Shown: one piece after another, positions 9,438 through 18,057 of the stretch
Numbering within the stretch: position 1 is the stretch's first letter
Layout of the letters: each line of letters opens with the position of its first letter
Origin: Candidatus Latescibacterota bacterium
GTDB lineage: Bacteria > Latescibacterota > UBA2968
Assembly: GCA_038279365.1 (NCBI GenBank)
Contig: JAYODI010000094.1
Location: 1-21,663 of the forward strand
DNA length: 21,663 nt
Reading direction: 5' to 3'
Notes under the pieces: model-generated
What the model saw: only the letters and a program-made list of their open reading frames with translations
Database searches by the model: none
What the model was told of the DNA's origin: nothing
Program-made: the position numbers and the translations under genes

Positions 9438-11663
9438 ATGAAGCGTGAACGCTATTTGCAGGCGATAGAAACTTTATATAGAGAGCGTGGGACAGACGAT
9501 TCTCGGCTTCCAGGATGGACATCTCCGGCTGAGATTTTGTTGTATCAACAAACTGGAGAACGGGTATATCTCGATTCTGTATATCAACTTTTAAAAGTTA
9601 TTTTGGAAGATTATCAAAAAATAGGAGTGGTGCAACCCAAGTTGCGATTGACGGGTTTTAAGATTCCGTATCGAATTGTTTTGATGGCGCGTTTGTGTTT
9701 GGGGGAAGGTTTGCTTGAGGATGAGGAGGTGGCATTGCTCAAGCAATTTTTTACTGATTTGCTGTTGGAGGCCGAATATGAACGCGGTTCTATGAATCGG
9801 GCATTTGGGTTTTTGGCGGCGATTCATCCTGTTTTGGAATGGGTGCCAAACCATCCACGCAAAAAAGAACTGTTGGAAATTGAACAGATTGTTTTGGGTG
9901 ATTTGAAAAAGCATTACGAGGCCGATGAAGACAGTTATGGATATGGCGCATTAACGATGGTGAATTTGATCACTTGGTTGGAAGAATCGGAATTGGAAGA
10001 TTTGTATCGACACCCTAAAATGCGCCAATGTTTTGAGAACATTTTGGATATGTGGAGCGGTATTGGGCGGGCGTCTGTTTATGGCGATTGGCGGCCTACA
10101 GAACCGGCTTGGGGGTGGTATATTTGTGCTTTGGAAAAAGCGGCAACCGTGTATCAAGACGGTCGTTTTAAATGGATGGCGGGTGTTATTTTTGAAAATT
10201 ATCAAAAGACATTGCAGGAAACCCCCGATTGGTTTCACCCTCATGATTTGTATGGATTAACGCTTGCTTTTCAATGTGCCGACGACTCGGTTGTACCGGT
10301 GATGCCCAACAGCCATTCAAAGTTGATTTATCGCAACAATGGCCATGTGGAGCGTGCCATGTTGCGAGCGGGTTGGCAAGCAGGCGATTTGCTGGCAATG
10401 GTGAGTTTGGCTTCGGGCAATGAGCATGGGCACAGTGACCCTTTGGCAATTAATGGTTTGATTGGTGAAGGTGTGATTTTGGAAGACAATGGGCGTGCAG
10501 GTGTGGAACCCGCTTTTCACAATGTGCTACAGGTGACCGATGAGATCGAAGACTTTCCATTGCCACAGACCAGGGTACCAGATGGTCAATGGCAAACATT
10601 ACGGGCGTCTTTTGACAGTCAACGCAATTATGGTCGTTTTCGCCCAGAGGCTTCTTTCCCTTTTGATTATACGCACCAAGTTGGCAACGATATGCCACGT
10701 GCATTTGCATATGATCCAAAACGAGAGTGGGTATTTATTATTGGTTTGAAGGTTTATGACCAAGCCTATACGTTTGATTTGGGTGCTGTGACACTTATTG
10801 GCGATCGTTCACAACGGGTGATTACAGATTTTCAAAATCAGACATGGGTGGGGTTGTCTTCTGTAATAGATAAGGGTGAAGGACGGTCTATTGGTCGGTT
10901 TGAGGTGCATAAGACGGTTTCAGACAATCCTGCTAAAGAGGCGAGTGACTGGGCCACTACGGTTTATATTGGTGTCAAGTTTTCTGAGCCGTTTAGCATT
11001 GCTGCTGATGGTTTTCATTCTTTTGAAATGGATTATAAATTTTCGGGCACCACACCTGAAGATACCATTCATTTATTGTGTATGGGTGAAGCAGGCGGGT
11101 ATCCACGCAAGTGGATGTTTAATGAACTGCCGCATTATCCTGTGCAGGTGAAAACCTTTCAGGACAATCTTGATTTTACGCATGGTGTTTTTGATTATAC
11201 CGAAAAAAGTCTTTCTGGGCGCACCATTCACCGAAGCAGATCTCTTTTTTTTACCAAGCATTATAAGCACAACTTTTTGTGGGTTCGGGATCGGGTGTTT
11301 GTAGAAGATTTAGATACCTATATGGCTGCACCCTTGTGGCATGTGATGCATCCTGTTGATTTGGGTGATGGGTGGTTTGAAGTGCGTTATGAGGGGCGGG
11401 CACTCATTTGGTTGTTGCCCAAACCCAACAGCCATATCGTGACCAAAGCGTGGAAGGGGCTTGATGCTTTTCAGCGCGACCCTTATAATAGCCATGTGAT
11501 CTATTGTGGTAAGGTTTGTGATGGGGGCGAGGAAGAATGGTTCGAAACGCTTATTATTCCATTGGGGAATGAGGAAGATGGGAAAAAGGTGAAAGAGATG
11601 GTTCGGTTGACACCCGATAAACGGGTGTTGATGATTGGTTCAGAGAGACACGATTTGATGTGA
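9438..11663 (+). CDS. Hypothetical protein, heparinase II/III-like architecture
   Basis: GAGG SD before ATG 9438. Helical N-terminal half with YGD; LRAGW, GNEHGHSD and FHNVL resemble heparinase II/III C-terminal domain motifs; late HRSRSLFF..WVRDRV strand. No signal peptide. Confidence 0.55.
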   Translation: MKRERYLQAIETLYRERGTDDSRLPGWTSPAEILLYQQTGERVYLDSVYQLLKVILEDYQKIGVVQPKLRLTGFKIPYRIVLMARLCLGEGLLEDEEVALLKQFFTDLLLEAEYERGSMNRAFGFLAAIHPVLEWVPNHPRKKELLEIEQIVLGDLKKHYEADEDSYGYGALTMVNLITWLEESELEDLYRHPKMRQCFENILDMWSGIGRASVYGDWRPTEPAWGWYICALEKAATVYQDGRFKWMAGVIFENYQKTLQETPDWFHPHDLYGLTLAFQCADDSVVPVMPNSHSKLIYRNNGHVERAMLRAGWQAGDLLAMVSLASGNEHGHSDPLAINGLIGEGVILEDNGRAGVEPAFHNVLQVTDEIEDFPLPQTRVPDGQWQTLRASFDSQRNYGRFRPEASFPFDYTHQVGNDMPRAFAYDPKREWVFIIGLKVYDQAYTFDLGAVTLIGDRSQRVITDFQNQTWVGLSSVIDKGEGRSIGRFEVHKTVSDNPAKEASDWATTVYIGVKFSEPFSIAADGFHSFEMDYKFSGTTPEDTIHLLCMGEAGGYPRKWMFNELPHYPVQVKTFQDNLDFTHGVFDYTEKSLSGRTIHRSRSLFFTKHYKHNFLWVRDRVFVEDLDTYMAAPLWHVMHPVDLGDGWFEVRYEGRALIWLLPKPNSHIVTKAWKGLDAFQRDPYNSHVIYCGKVCDGGEEEWFETLIIPLGNEEDGKKVKEMVRLTPDKRVLMIGSERHDLM

Positions 11664-11739
11664 TTTGGAGATATAGATTTGAGTGGCCAGGCTGTTTATG
11701 GTTATTGAAGTCTTTTCATATGTGGGTATTGATATTGAG

Positions 11740-12957
11740 ATGGATATAGCAATTATAGGTGGGGGGGCGGCGGGTTTTTTTTCGGCCATTGCGGCAAAGG
11801 AAAATTACCCAGATGCACAGGTGGTGATTTTTGAAAAGTCAAACAAACTCTTGGTGAAAGTCAAGGTGTCTGGTGGTGGGCGATGTAATGTGACCAATGG
11901 GTGCACCTCTCTCAAAGAACTGTCGGAGGCATATCCCAGAGGTGGGAAACAGTTAAAAAAGGCATTTCGCATTTTTAACACCCAACATGCTCGGCAATGG
12001 TTTGAAGCGCGTGGGGTGCCTTTGTATGTGCAAGATGATCAGCGCGTTTTTCCTGTATCGCAAAGTTCGCAAAGTGTGGTGGATTGCTTTTTGGGAGAAG
12101 CTAAAAGGTTGGGCATTGGTATTGAAGTAGAGATGGGGATCAAATCTGTTCGATCCATAGGTGATCGGTTGGCATTGGATTTTGTCGCAGAAGACTTAGA
12201 TACCCGTCTTTTTGATAAGGTAATTGTTGCTACGGGTGGATCTGCAAAAAGGGTGGGCTTTGAATGGCTTGAAAAGTTACATCATAAAATAGAAGACCCT
12301 GTGCCTTCTTTGTTTACGTTTAATATGCCTACAGAATCGGTAAAAGCATTAATGGGTGTTGCTGTGGAAAAAACATGGGTGAGTATTCAGGGCACAAAGT
12401 TGAAGTCGGAAGGACCTTTGTTGATTACACATTGGGGCATGAGTGGACCGGCTATTTTGAAATTGTCGGCATTTGGTGCACGTTTGTTAAGTGACATGGG
12501 ATATGAATTTAAGATTCAAGTGAATTGGGTACAGGTTCAAAACCAAGATGTGGTCATGGATGATTTGCAAGACATTGTTTATGCGTATGCGGGCAAGCGA
12601 TTGATCAACAGAAGGCCATATTCATTGCCCGAAAGGCTGTGGGGTTATTTGCTTGAGAAATGTGATTTGTCTGTTGATAAAAAATGGGGTGAACTTGGTA
12701 AGAGCGGGATGAACAAGCTGGTGAATGTGTTAACGCACGATGTTTACAGTGTGCAGGGCAAAACTACATTTAAAGAAGAGTTTGTGACTTGTGGAGGGGT
12801 GAGTTTGGAGAGCATTGATTTTAAGACGATGCAAAGTAAGGTGTGTAAAAATTTGTATTTTGCGGGCGAAGTGATGGATGTTGATGGCATTACGGGTGGA
12901 TATAACTTTCAGGCGGCTTGGACAACGGGGTTTATTGCAGGACAGTTGATGGGATGA
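11740..12957 (+). CDS. HI0933/BaiN (YhiN-like) family flavoprotein
   Basis: IIGGGAAG, KVSGGGRCNVTN, VATGG, THWGMSGP, VTCGGV and GEVMDVDGITGGYNFQAAW motifs. The start codon is uncertain. Confidence 0.93.
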   Translation: MDIAIIGGGAAGFFSAIAAKENYPDAQVVIFEKSNKLLVKVKVSGGGRCNVTNGCTSLKELSEAYPRGGKQLKKAFRIFNTQHARQWFEARGVPLYVQDDQRVFPVSQSSQSVVDCFLGEAKRLGIGIEVEMGIKSVRSIGDRLALDFVAEDLDTRLFDKVIVATGGSAKRVGFEWLEKLHHKIEDPVPSLFTFNMPTESVKALMGVAVEKTWVSIQGTKLKSEGPLLITHWGMSGPAILKLSAFGARLLSDMGYEFKIQVNWVQVQNQDVVMDDLQDIVYAYAGKRLINRRPYSLPERLWGYLLEKCDLSVDKKWGELGKSGMNKLVNVLTHDVYSVQGKTTFKEEFVTCGGVSLESIDFKTMQSKVCKNLYFAGEVMDVDGITGGYNFQAAWTTGFIAGQLMG

Positions 12958-12987
12958 TTTTTCAATCGAATTTGAGAAAGTGAGTGT

Positions 12988-13920
12988 GTGATGATACAAG
13001 ATGTGGTGCGCAATCAAGCAGGTATTCCTGTGCGTAGGTTGGGGAAGACCGAGTTGGAGGTTTCGGTGATTGGGGTGGGTGGGGGACATTTGGTGCGCCC
13101 ATATATTGATGAGCAGATGTCTGTAAAAATAATTCAGACGGCCATTGATGCTGGTGTGACGTTTATGGACAATGCTTGGGAGTATCACCAGGGTGAATCA
13201 GAACGCAGAATGGGGTTGGCTCTAAAAGGACGTCGTGACCAAGTGACGTTGATGACCAAGGTGTGTGGGCGCGACCGTGAAACGGCTGAAGTCCAATTGC
13301 ACGACAGTTTGCGGCGGTTGCAAACGGATGTGATTGATGTGTGGCAGTTTCACGAGATTAATTATGACAATGATCCTGAATGGATTTTTAGAGTAGATGG
13401 TGCACTTGAGGCGGCCTTAAAAGCACGTGAAGCGGGTAAGGTGCGTTTTATTGGTTTTACAGGCCACAAGAGCCCTCATATTTTGCAAAACATGCTGGCC
13501 AAAGATTTTGACTGGGATACGTGCCAGATGCCGGTGAATGTGGTGGATGCGCATTATCGTAGTTTTCAAAATGAAATTTTACCCATATTAAACAAACGAG
13601 ATATTGGCGTGATTGGCATGAAAAGTTTGGGTGGGCGTGGCCAATTGGTGACTGATTTGGGGTTGACGGCAGAACAATGTCGGGGATATGCGCTTTCTTT
13701 GCCGATCAGTACGCTGGTGTGCGGTGTGGAGTCGTTGGAAAATTTGCAACAGGATGTGGATGTGGCGCGCAATTTTGTGCCGATGTCTGAGGTTGAACAA
13801 CAGGAGTTGGTGGATCGTGTTTATGAAGAAGCCACAGACGGGCGCTATGAATGGTTTAAGAGCACTCAGTTTTTTGATTCACAATATCATCGCGATCAAC
13901 ACGGGTTTCCCGCGGCATAA
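12988..13920 (+). CDS. Aldo/keto reductase
   Basis: RRLGKT..VSVIG, DNAWEY, MTKV, SLRRLQTDVID..QFH, GKVRFIGFTGH and GMKSLG motifs. Confidence 0.92.
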   Translation: MMIQDVVRNQAGIPVRRLGKTELEVSVIGVGGGHLVRPYIDEQMSVKIIQTAIDAGVTFMDNAWEYHQGESERRMGLALKGRRDQVTLMTKVCGRDRETAEVQLHDSLRRLQTDVIDVWQFHEINYDNDPEWIFRVDGALEAALKAREAGKVRFIGFTGHKSPHILQNMLAKDFDWDTCQMPVNVVDAHYRSFQNEILPILNKRDIGVIGMKSLGGRGQLVTDLGLTAEQCRGYALSLPISTLVCGVESLENLQQDVDVARNFVPMSEVEQQELVDRVYEEATDGRYEWFKSTQFFDSQYHRDQHGFPAA

Positions 13921-13935
13921 GGACAGTGATACGTT

Positions 13936-14166
13936 ATGAGTGAAGAACAACCCAATAACCCCATGCATGGGGTAACGCTTGAAAAGATATTGAACAGCTT
14001 GGTGGATTATTATGGCTGGGAGGAATTGGGCGAACGCATTCCGATTCGGTGTTTTAACTATGATCCGTCTATTAAATCGAGCCTTAAGTTTTTGAGAAAA
14101 ACGCCATGGGCAAGGAAAAAGGTGGAAGACTTATACCTTGTGATGCGAAAAATTACGGGAAAGTAA
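13936..14166 (+). CDS. DUF2132 / VF530-family small putative DNA-binding protein
   Basis: HGVTLE..LV..YGW..L...[25 protein letters not shown] signature; AAGGA SD. Confidence 0.9.
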   Translation: MSEEQPNNPMHGVTLEKILNSLVDYYGWEELGERIPIRCFNYDPSIKSSLKFLRKTPWARKKVEDLYLVMRKITGK

Positions 14167-14217
14167 TTTGGGGCAGGTCTTTGCTTTTGTGGTGTATTTT
14201 GCCGTGTGAAATGTACG

Positions 14218-15624
14218 TTAGATGTTGCTTGTGGACGTATGTTTTTCGCGGCGTTTTTGTAAGAGGTTTTGAATGCGTTGGTGGCGGGCATCGGTGAGTG
14301 GAAAAAAGATGAGGATGGTGCCTCCAATGAGGAAAAACAGGCCCACAACAGGGCCAAAGATCAGTGCGAGTTGAAAAGTAACCTCTGGCGATTGTAGGGT
14401 AGATGTTGGATCAAAACCAATGATATCGAGCAGGATGCCTGACAGAATGAGACCCAGTGCACGTGCGAGTTTGGTGGCCATTTTCCAAACGCCAAAGTAG
14501 AGGCCTTCGCGGTTTTGACGGGTTTTGAGCTCGTCGTGGTCAATGACATCGGGAATAAGGGCGTCGAGCAGGATAATGGCTCCTACAAAGAGCCCGCCAG
14601 GGATTGCGTAGAGCATGGGGTAGAGAATGTGCCCAGAGGGAAAAAGGGGATAGGCAAGGCTACCGCTGATGCCCAGTGCAAAAATGCCGCTGATGGCGGG
14701 CCATTTTTTGCCTTTTTTGCGAGAAAGGAATACCCAAAAAGGAATGGCGATGAGAAAGGCGATGAAAAAGGGAAAGAGGATTTTGCCAACGGTTTCTTGC
14801 TCTGTGAATAAGAGGCGATATTCGTAATAATAAAGGGCTGTGGACGCATTAAGTGTGCGGCCAATGGAGATGATGATAAAGGCCAATATAAGGGGGAGAA
14901 AATAAGGGTTTTTAAATGTAGTCCATTGTGCTTTGATGAGGTCACGCATGCGCGCGATGCGAATGGATTGGTCAGCGGGTTTGTCATGGCCGCGTGTGGC
15001 ACGTAGGGTGATGTATGCGGTGATGATGAGGGGAAGTGTGAGTACAAAACCGACCAAGTGGCGCGATTGGGCCACGTTTTCGGGGGTGTTGGTTTGCCCG
15101 ATGAGGCTGAGTATGATGGCAGGAAGCGTGAGGCCAAAGAGAGCACCTAAGGTGTCGAATCCGCGTTTGTAACCAAATATTTCGGTGCGTTCGTTGCGGT
15201 TGAAACTGAGTTCACCACCGAGTGCTGCGTGGGGAACGGAAATGACGGTTAGTGCGGTGTTGAGTAAGATATAGATGATGAGCAGATAAGCGAATTTGAA
15301 AAGATGGCTGTTTAAAAAGGGTGGGTTGAAGATGGCGGCTGTGAAAAATGCCAAGGCAATGGCACCGGGTAAAATGTAGGGCCGTCTTCTTCCTGCTTTG
15401 TGGCGTGTGCCATCGGAGATGCCGCCCATGATGGGGTCGCTGATGGCATCCCAAAAAATGGCAATGGCCAAGGCCAACCCTGTGTAGGCGGCTGGCATAC
15501 CCAAAACCACGTTGTAAAATTTGAGCAGATAGATTTGCAGCAAGGTTTCAACGGTGGCCAAACCGAGGTCGGTGGCGCTGTAGCCTGCTTTGACGCGCCA
15601 AGATAGGCGATGGGGTTGTGACAT
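14218..15624 (-). CDS. MFS transporter, GPH (MelB/glycoside-pentoside-hexuronide) family
   Basis: About 12 TM segments; WDAISDPIMGGISD, GRRRPYI, ERT and PDVIDHDELKT..REGLYFG motifs. Confidence 0.92.
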   Translation of the reverse strand: MSQPHRLSWRVKAGYSATDLGLATVETLLQIYLLKFYNVVLGMPAAYTGLALAIAIFWDAISDPIMGGISDGTRHKAGRRRPYILPGAIALAFFTAAIFNPPFLNSHLFKFAYLLIIYILLNTALTVISVPHAALGGELSFNRNERTEIFGYKRGFDTLGALFGLTLPAIILSLIGQTNTPENVAQSRHLVGFVLTLPLIITAYITLRATRGHDKPADQSIRIARMRDLIKAQWTTFKNPYFLPLILAFIIISIGRTLNASTALYYYEYRLLFTEQETVGKILFPFFIAFLIAIPFWVFLSRKKGKKWPAISGIFALGISGSLAYPLFPSGHILYPMLYAIPGGLFVGAIILLDALIPDVIDHDELKTRQNREGLYFGVWKMATKLARALGLILSGILLDIIGFDPTSTLQSPEVTFQLALIFGPVVGLFFLIGGTILIFFPLTDARHQRIQNLLQKRREKHTSTSNI

Positions 15625-15737
15625 GTTGGCTTTCTTGAGAAATTAGGATATACTATGGGGTAAATGTACGGATGAAGTGGTGTCTGACAAGGTTTGTGAC
15701 AGAGTGAAGCGCGATATTCTATAAAGGGGATCAACTT

Positions 15738-16403
15738 GTGAATCGTTTTTGGGGTGTGTGTTTGGTGTTGTTTTTAGGCGTGTCGAATGCTTTTGCAGAA
15801 GACGCAGAGCCAGATTCTGCGCAGGTGGCACCTCCTACGTTTTCGATGACGCCTACGTGAGTGGGCTGACCTGGTGAAGGTGCACCGCTCCGGGGGAGCG
15901 GGATTCAGACAAAGTGGACGTTTTCAGGACGGTTTGTGAATACAGCATTGGATCGGCCACGTTGGCGGTCAACGGCCAATTATCGGCTTCATCAAAGGCT
16001 TCAGGTCGGTGTTGAATATAACCCGCAGGCCAAAGAGATTGGGCCGTTGTTTTCTTTGTTTTTGTTTACAGAGACAGAAAAACGACCAGCGCTCTTTTTG
16101 GGCACCAGCTCAGATCGCATTGGTTCGCCTGCGGGCAAACAGTCTTATTTTGCAACGGCGAGCAAATATGTACCTGCTTTACATGCGTCATTTTATGCGA
16201 GCTTAAATTACTCGGAATGGGATGATGCGTTTAATGTGCCGTTTGGGATGACGTTGGAACTGGGCAAGGGGTTTTCGGTTCGTCCGATGTACGATGGTGA
16301 TCGGGGGCATTTGATGGTGAACTATTATGCTACCCAATATGGTGTGAGTTTGATGTATGTTTGGTTTGAAACGGCGGGTGTGTCCTTTTCTTTTGGATTT
16401 TAA
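15738..16403 (+). CDS. Putative exported selenoprotein with UxxU motif and beta-barrel-like C-terminal domain (221 aa with two TGA read-throughs)
   Basis: AAGGGGA SD then GTG 15738, in frame with track ORF 15936..16403. Signal peptide MNRFWGVCLVLFLGVSNAFA. In-frame TGA at 15858-15860 and 15867-15869 (T-U-V-G-U-P), a hairpin just downstream, and a C-terminal GVSFSFGF. Confidence 0.75.
15870..15908 (+). promoter_or_regulatory. Candidate bacterial SECIS element
   Basis: CCGCTCC-GGG-GGAGCGG stem-loop (15885-15901) with a G-rich apical loop; possible lower stem TGAA (15875-15878) / TTCA (15904-15907). The loop starts 23 nt after the second TGA and 32 nt after the first. Confidence 0.6.
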
Positions 16404-16416
16404 TTTGGAGAATAGC

Positions 16417-17094
16417 ATGAGATATATGGGTTTTTTATTGGTGATATTATTCGTGACTTCTGTGGTGGCACAAGAAAACAAGATACCTGAAAAAGCGTTG
16501 TGTTCTGTTTGCTCATTAAAAGGCGCAGGGCATGGGCCTGAAAAGGTTCGGGCCCATTCTGTGCATGAAGGTCAGGCGTATTATTTTTGTTCGGAAGGGT
16601 GTAAAAAAGAATTTGATGCGGATCCTGTGGCTTATTTGCCTCCCGTTTTTCCACGCCCAGCACCGGCATTTGCTGTTGAGACACTCACGGGTGAGAATGT
16701 GTCTTTAAAAGATTATGAAGGCAAACTGGTATTGGTAGACTTTTGGGCAACGTGGTGCAAACCTTGTATTGAGATGATGCCCAATTTGCAAAAGGTCTAT
16801 GATGCGTATTCGGATAAAGGATTGGTGGTTTTGGGCGTGTCGATTGATGAGCCAAAAGATCGGATCAAGAAAGTTGAGAAGTTTGTCGAAAAAGTGGGTG
16901 TGTCTTATCCCATTTTGGTGGATGCCAAACCGGTGCCTGCATGGCATATGTTTAAGGTGAAAGCGATACCCGCTCTGTTTTTGATTGATGGTGGTGGGCA
17001 AGTGGTGGCGCAGTGGACGGGGGAAATAGATCACAAAGAGATTGAAGCTGAGGTTGTGAGCCGAATAGGAATAAAAGCAAACAGCGCGCATTAA
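16417..17094 (+). CDS. Exported YHS-domain + TlpA-like thioredoxin fusion
   Basis: GGAG SD before ATG 16417; signal peptide (..SVVA/QE). CSVC...YYFCSEGCKKEFDADP..Y matches YHS; PAPAF, VDFWATWCKPC and AIP match TlpA/redoxin. Confidence 0.9.
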   Translation: MRYMGFLLVILFVTSVVAQENKIPEKALCSVCSLKGAGHGPEKVRAHSVHEGQAYYFCSEGCKKEFDADPVAYLPPVFPRPAPAFAVETLTGENVSLKDYEGKLVLVDFWATWCKPCIEMMPNLQKVYDAYSDKGLVVLGVSIDEPKDRIKKVEKFVEKVGVSYPILVDAKPVPAWHMFKVKAIPALFLIDGGGQVVAQWTGEIDHKEIEAEVVSRIGIKANSAH

Positions 17095-17208
17095 GAATCG
17101 CATGTATGCCTCTTACATGGGTGAAGTGAGATTGTAAGGTGCGCAATACCGTTGTTGGTGGGGCGATGAATGTTCGGTGATTTGCCAAAATGATAGAAGG
17201 GATTTTAA

Positions 17209-18033
17209 GTGCATGAATTAATTTTGGGGTTGTCGCTTATGGTTGGCGCGTTATCTATGGTGGCTGGTGGACCCTCTGATCTTTCAGCTGAACCTACGAA
17301 TGCCGATGAGGCAGCGGCCGCAAAGGTCGCTGCTGAAGCAGAATTGGATGCAAAATATCAGGCTTGGGTTGCGACGCTGACACCTGAACAACAGGCGTGG
17401 GAGCTTGTTTTGCAGGAGAATTTGGGTGATTTTTATCTGCCTCTTCATAAGCAAAATAAGGTTGATGGCAAGTCTAATGCATGGGATTTTGTGACTGACA
17501 AATTGGGGTTGCCGCGTGTGTTACTCATTGGTGATTCGATTTCGCGTGGGTATACACAAGCCGTACGTCAGGCATTGGAAGGCAAAGCCAACGTGCATCG
17601 TGCACCGGCTAACTGTGGACCAACGGCTATGGGCATCAAAAAAATCGATATATGGCTTGGCGATGGCAAGTGGGATGTTATCCATTTTAACTTTGGTATT
17701 CATGACCGGCACACACCCATTGCAGATTATGCGCAACGCCTGGAGCAACTTATCATCCACATGCAAAAGACTGGGGCAAAGCTGATTTGGGCCAGTTCAA
17801 CGCCGATTCCAGATTTGCCTGAAGAGAAATATTTTGCCGCATCTATTGTGGAACGAAACCAAGTTGCTGAGGAACTGATGCAGAAATACGATATTGTTAT
17901 TGATGACTTGTTTGCAGCTGTTACGCCACATCTTGCTGTTTTACAAAACGCCAATGATGTACACTTCAAAGGCGAAGGGTATGACTTTCTTGGCAAGCAG
18001 GTGGCGGCCTCTATTGAGGCAACACTGGAATAG
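17209..18033 (+). CDS. Secreted SGNH/GDSL hydrolase
   Basis: N-terminal hydrophobic signal; LLIGDSIS, HFNFGIHD and DVH (DxH) blocks. Confidence 0.88.
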   Translation: MHELILGLSLMVGALSMVAGGPSDLSAEPTNADEAAAAKVAAEAELDAKYQAWVATLTPEQQAWELVLQENLGDFYLPLHKQNKVDGKSNAWDFVTDKLGLPRVLLIGDSISRGYTQAVRQALEGKANVHRAPANCGPTAMGIKKIDIWLGDGKWDVIHFNFGIHDRHTPIADYAQRLEQLIIHMQKTGAKLIWASSTPIPDLPEEKYFAASIVERNQVAEELMQKYDIVIDDLFAAVTPHLAVLQNANDVHFKGEGYDFLGKQVAASIEATLE

Positions 18034-18057
18034 GCTTTTTATTTGCAGAGATCTTTT

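Noticed and set aside
2331-12957. Sec read-through at other TGA stops (2333, 5751, 11663, 12957)
   Set aside because: These proteins look complete at the TGA, with no redox-motif context and no convincing downstream hairpin noticed.
15738-15860. Stand-alone 40-aa peptide plus a separate gene from GTG 15936, or a pseudogene
   Set aside because: Disfavoured rather than excluded; a weak AGGA does precede 15936. It would separate a signal peptide from an in-frame barrel that needs one, and would require two independent nonsense changes, both TGA, at CxxC spacing ahead of a hairpin.
15858-15869. Genome-wide TGA reassignment (Trp/Gly) as the explanation for the in-frame TGAs
   Set aside because: Trp is encoded by TGG throughout, and TGA ends apparently complete genes at 2333, 5751, 11663 and 12957.
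16357-16416. Longer N-terminus for the YHS-TlpA gene as given in the ORF track
   Set aside because: It overlaps the upstream gene. ATG 16417 has a GGAG SD and begins a clean signal peptide.
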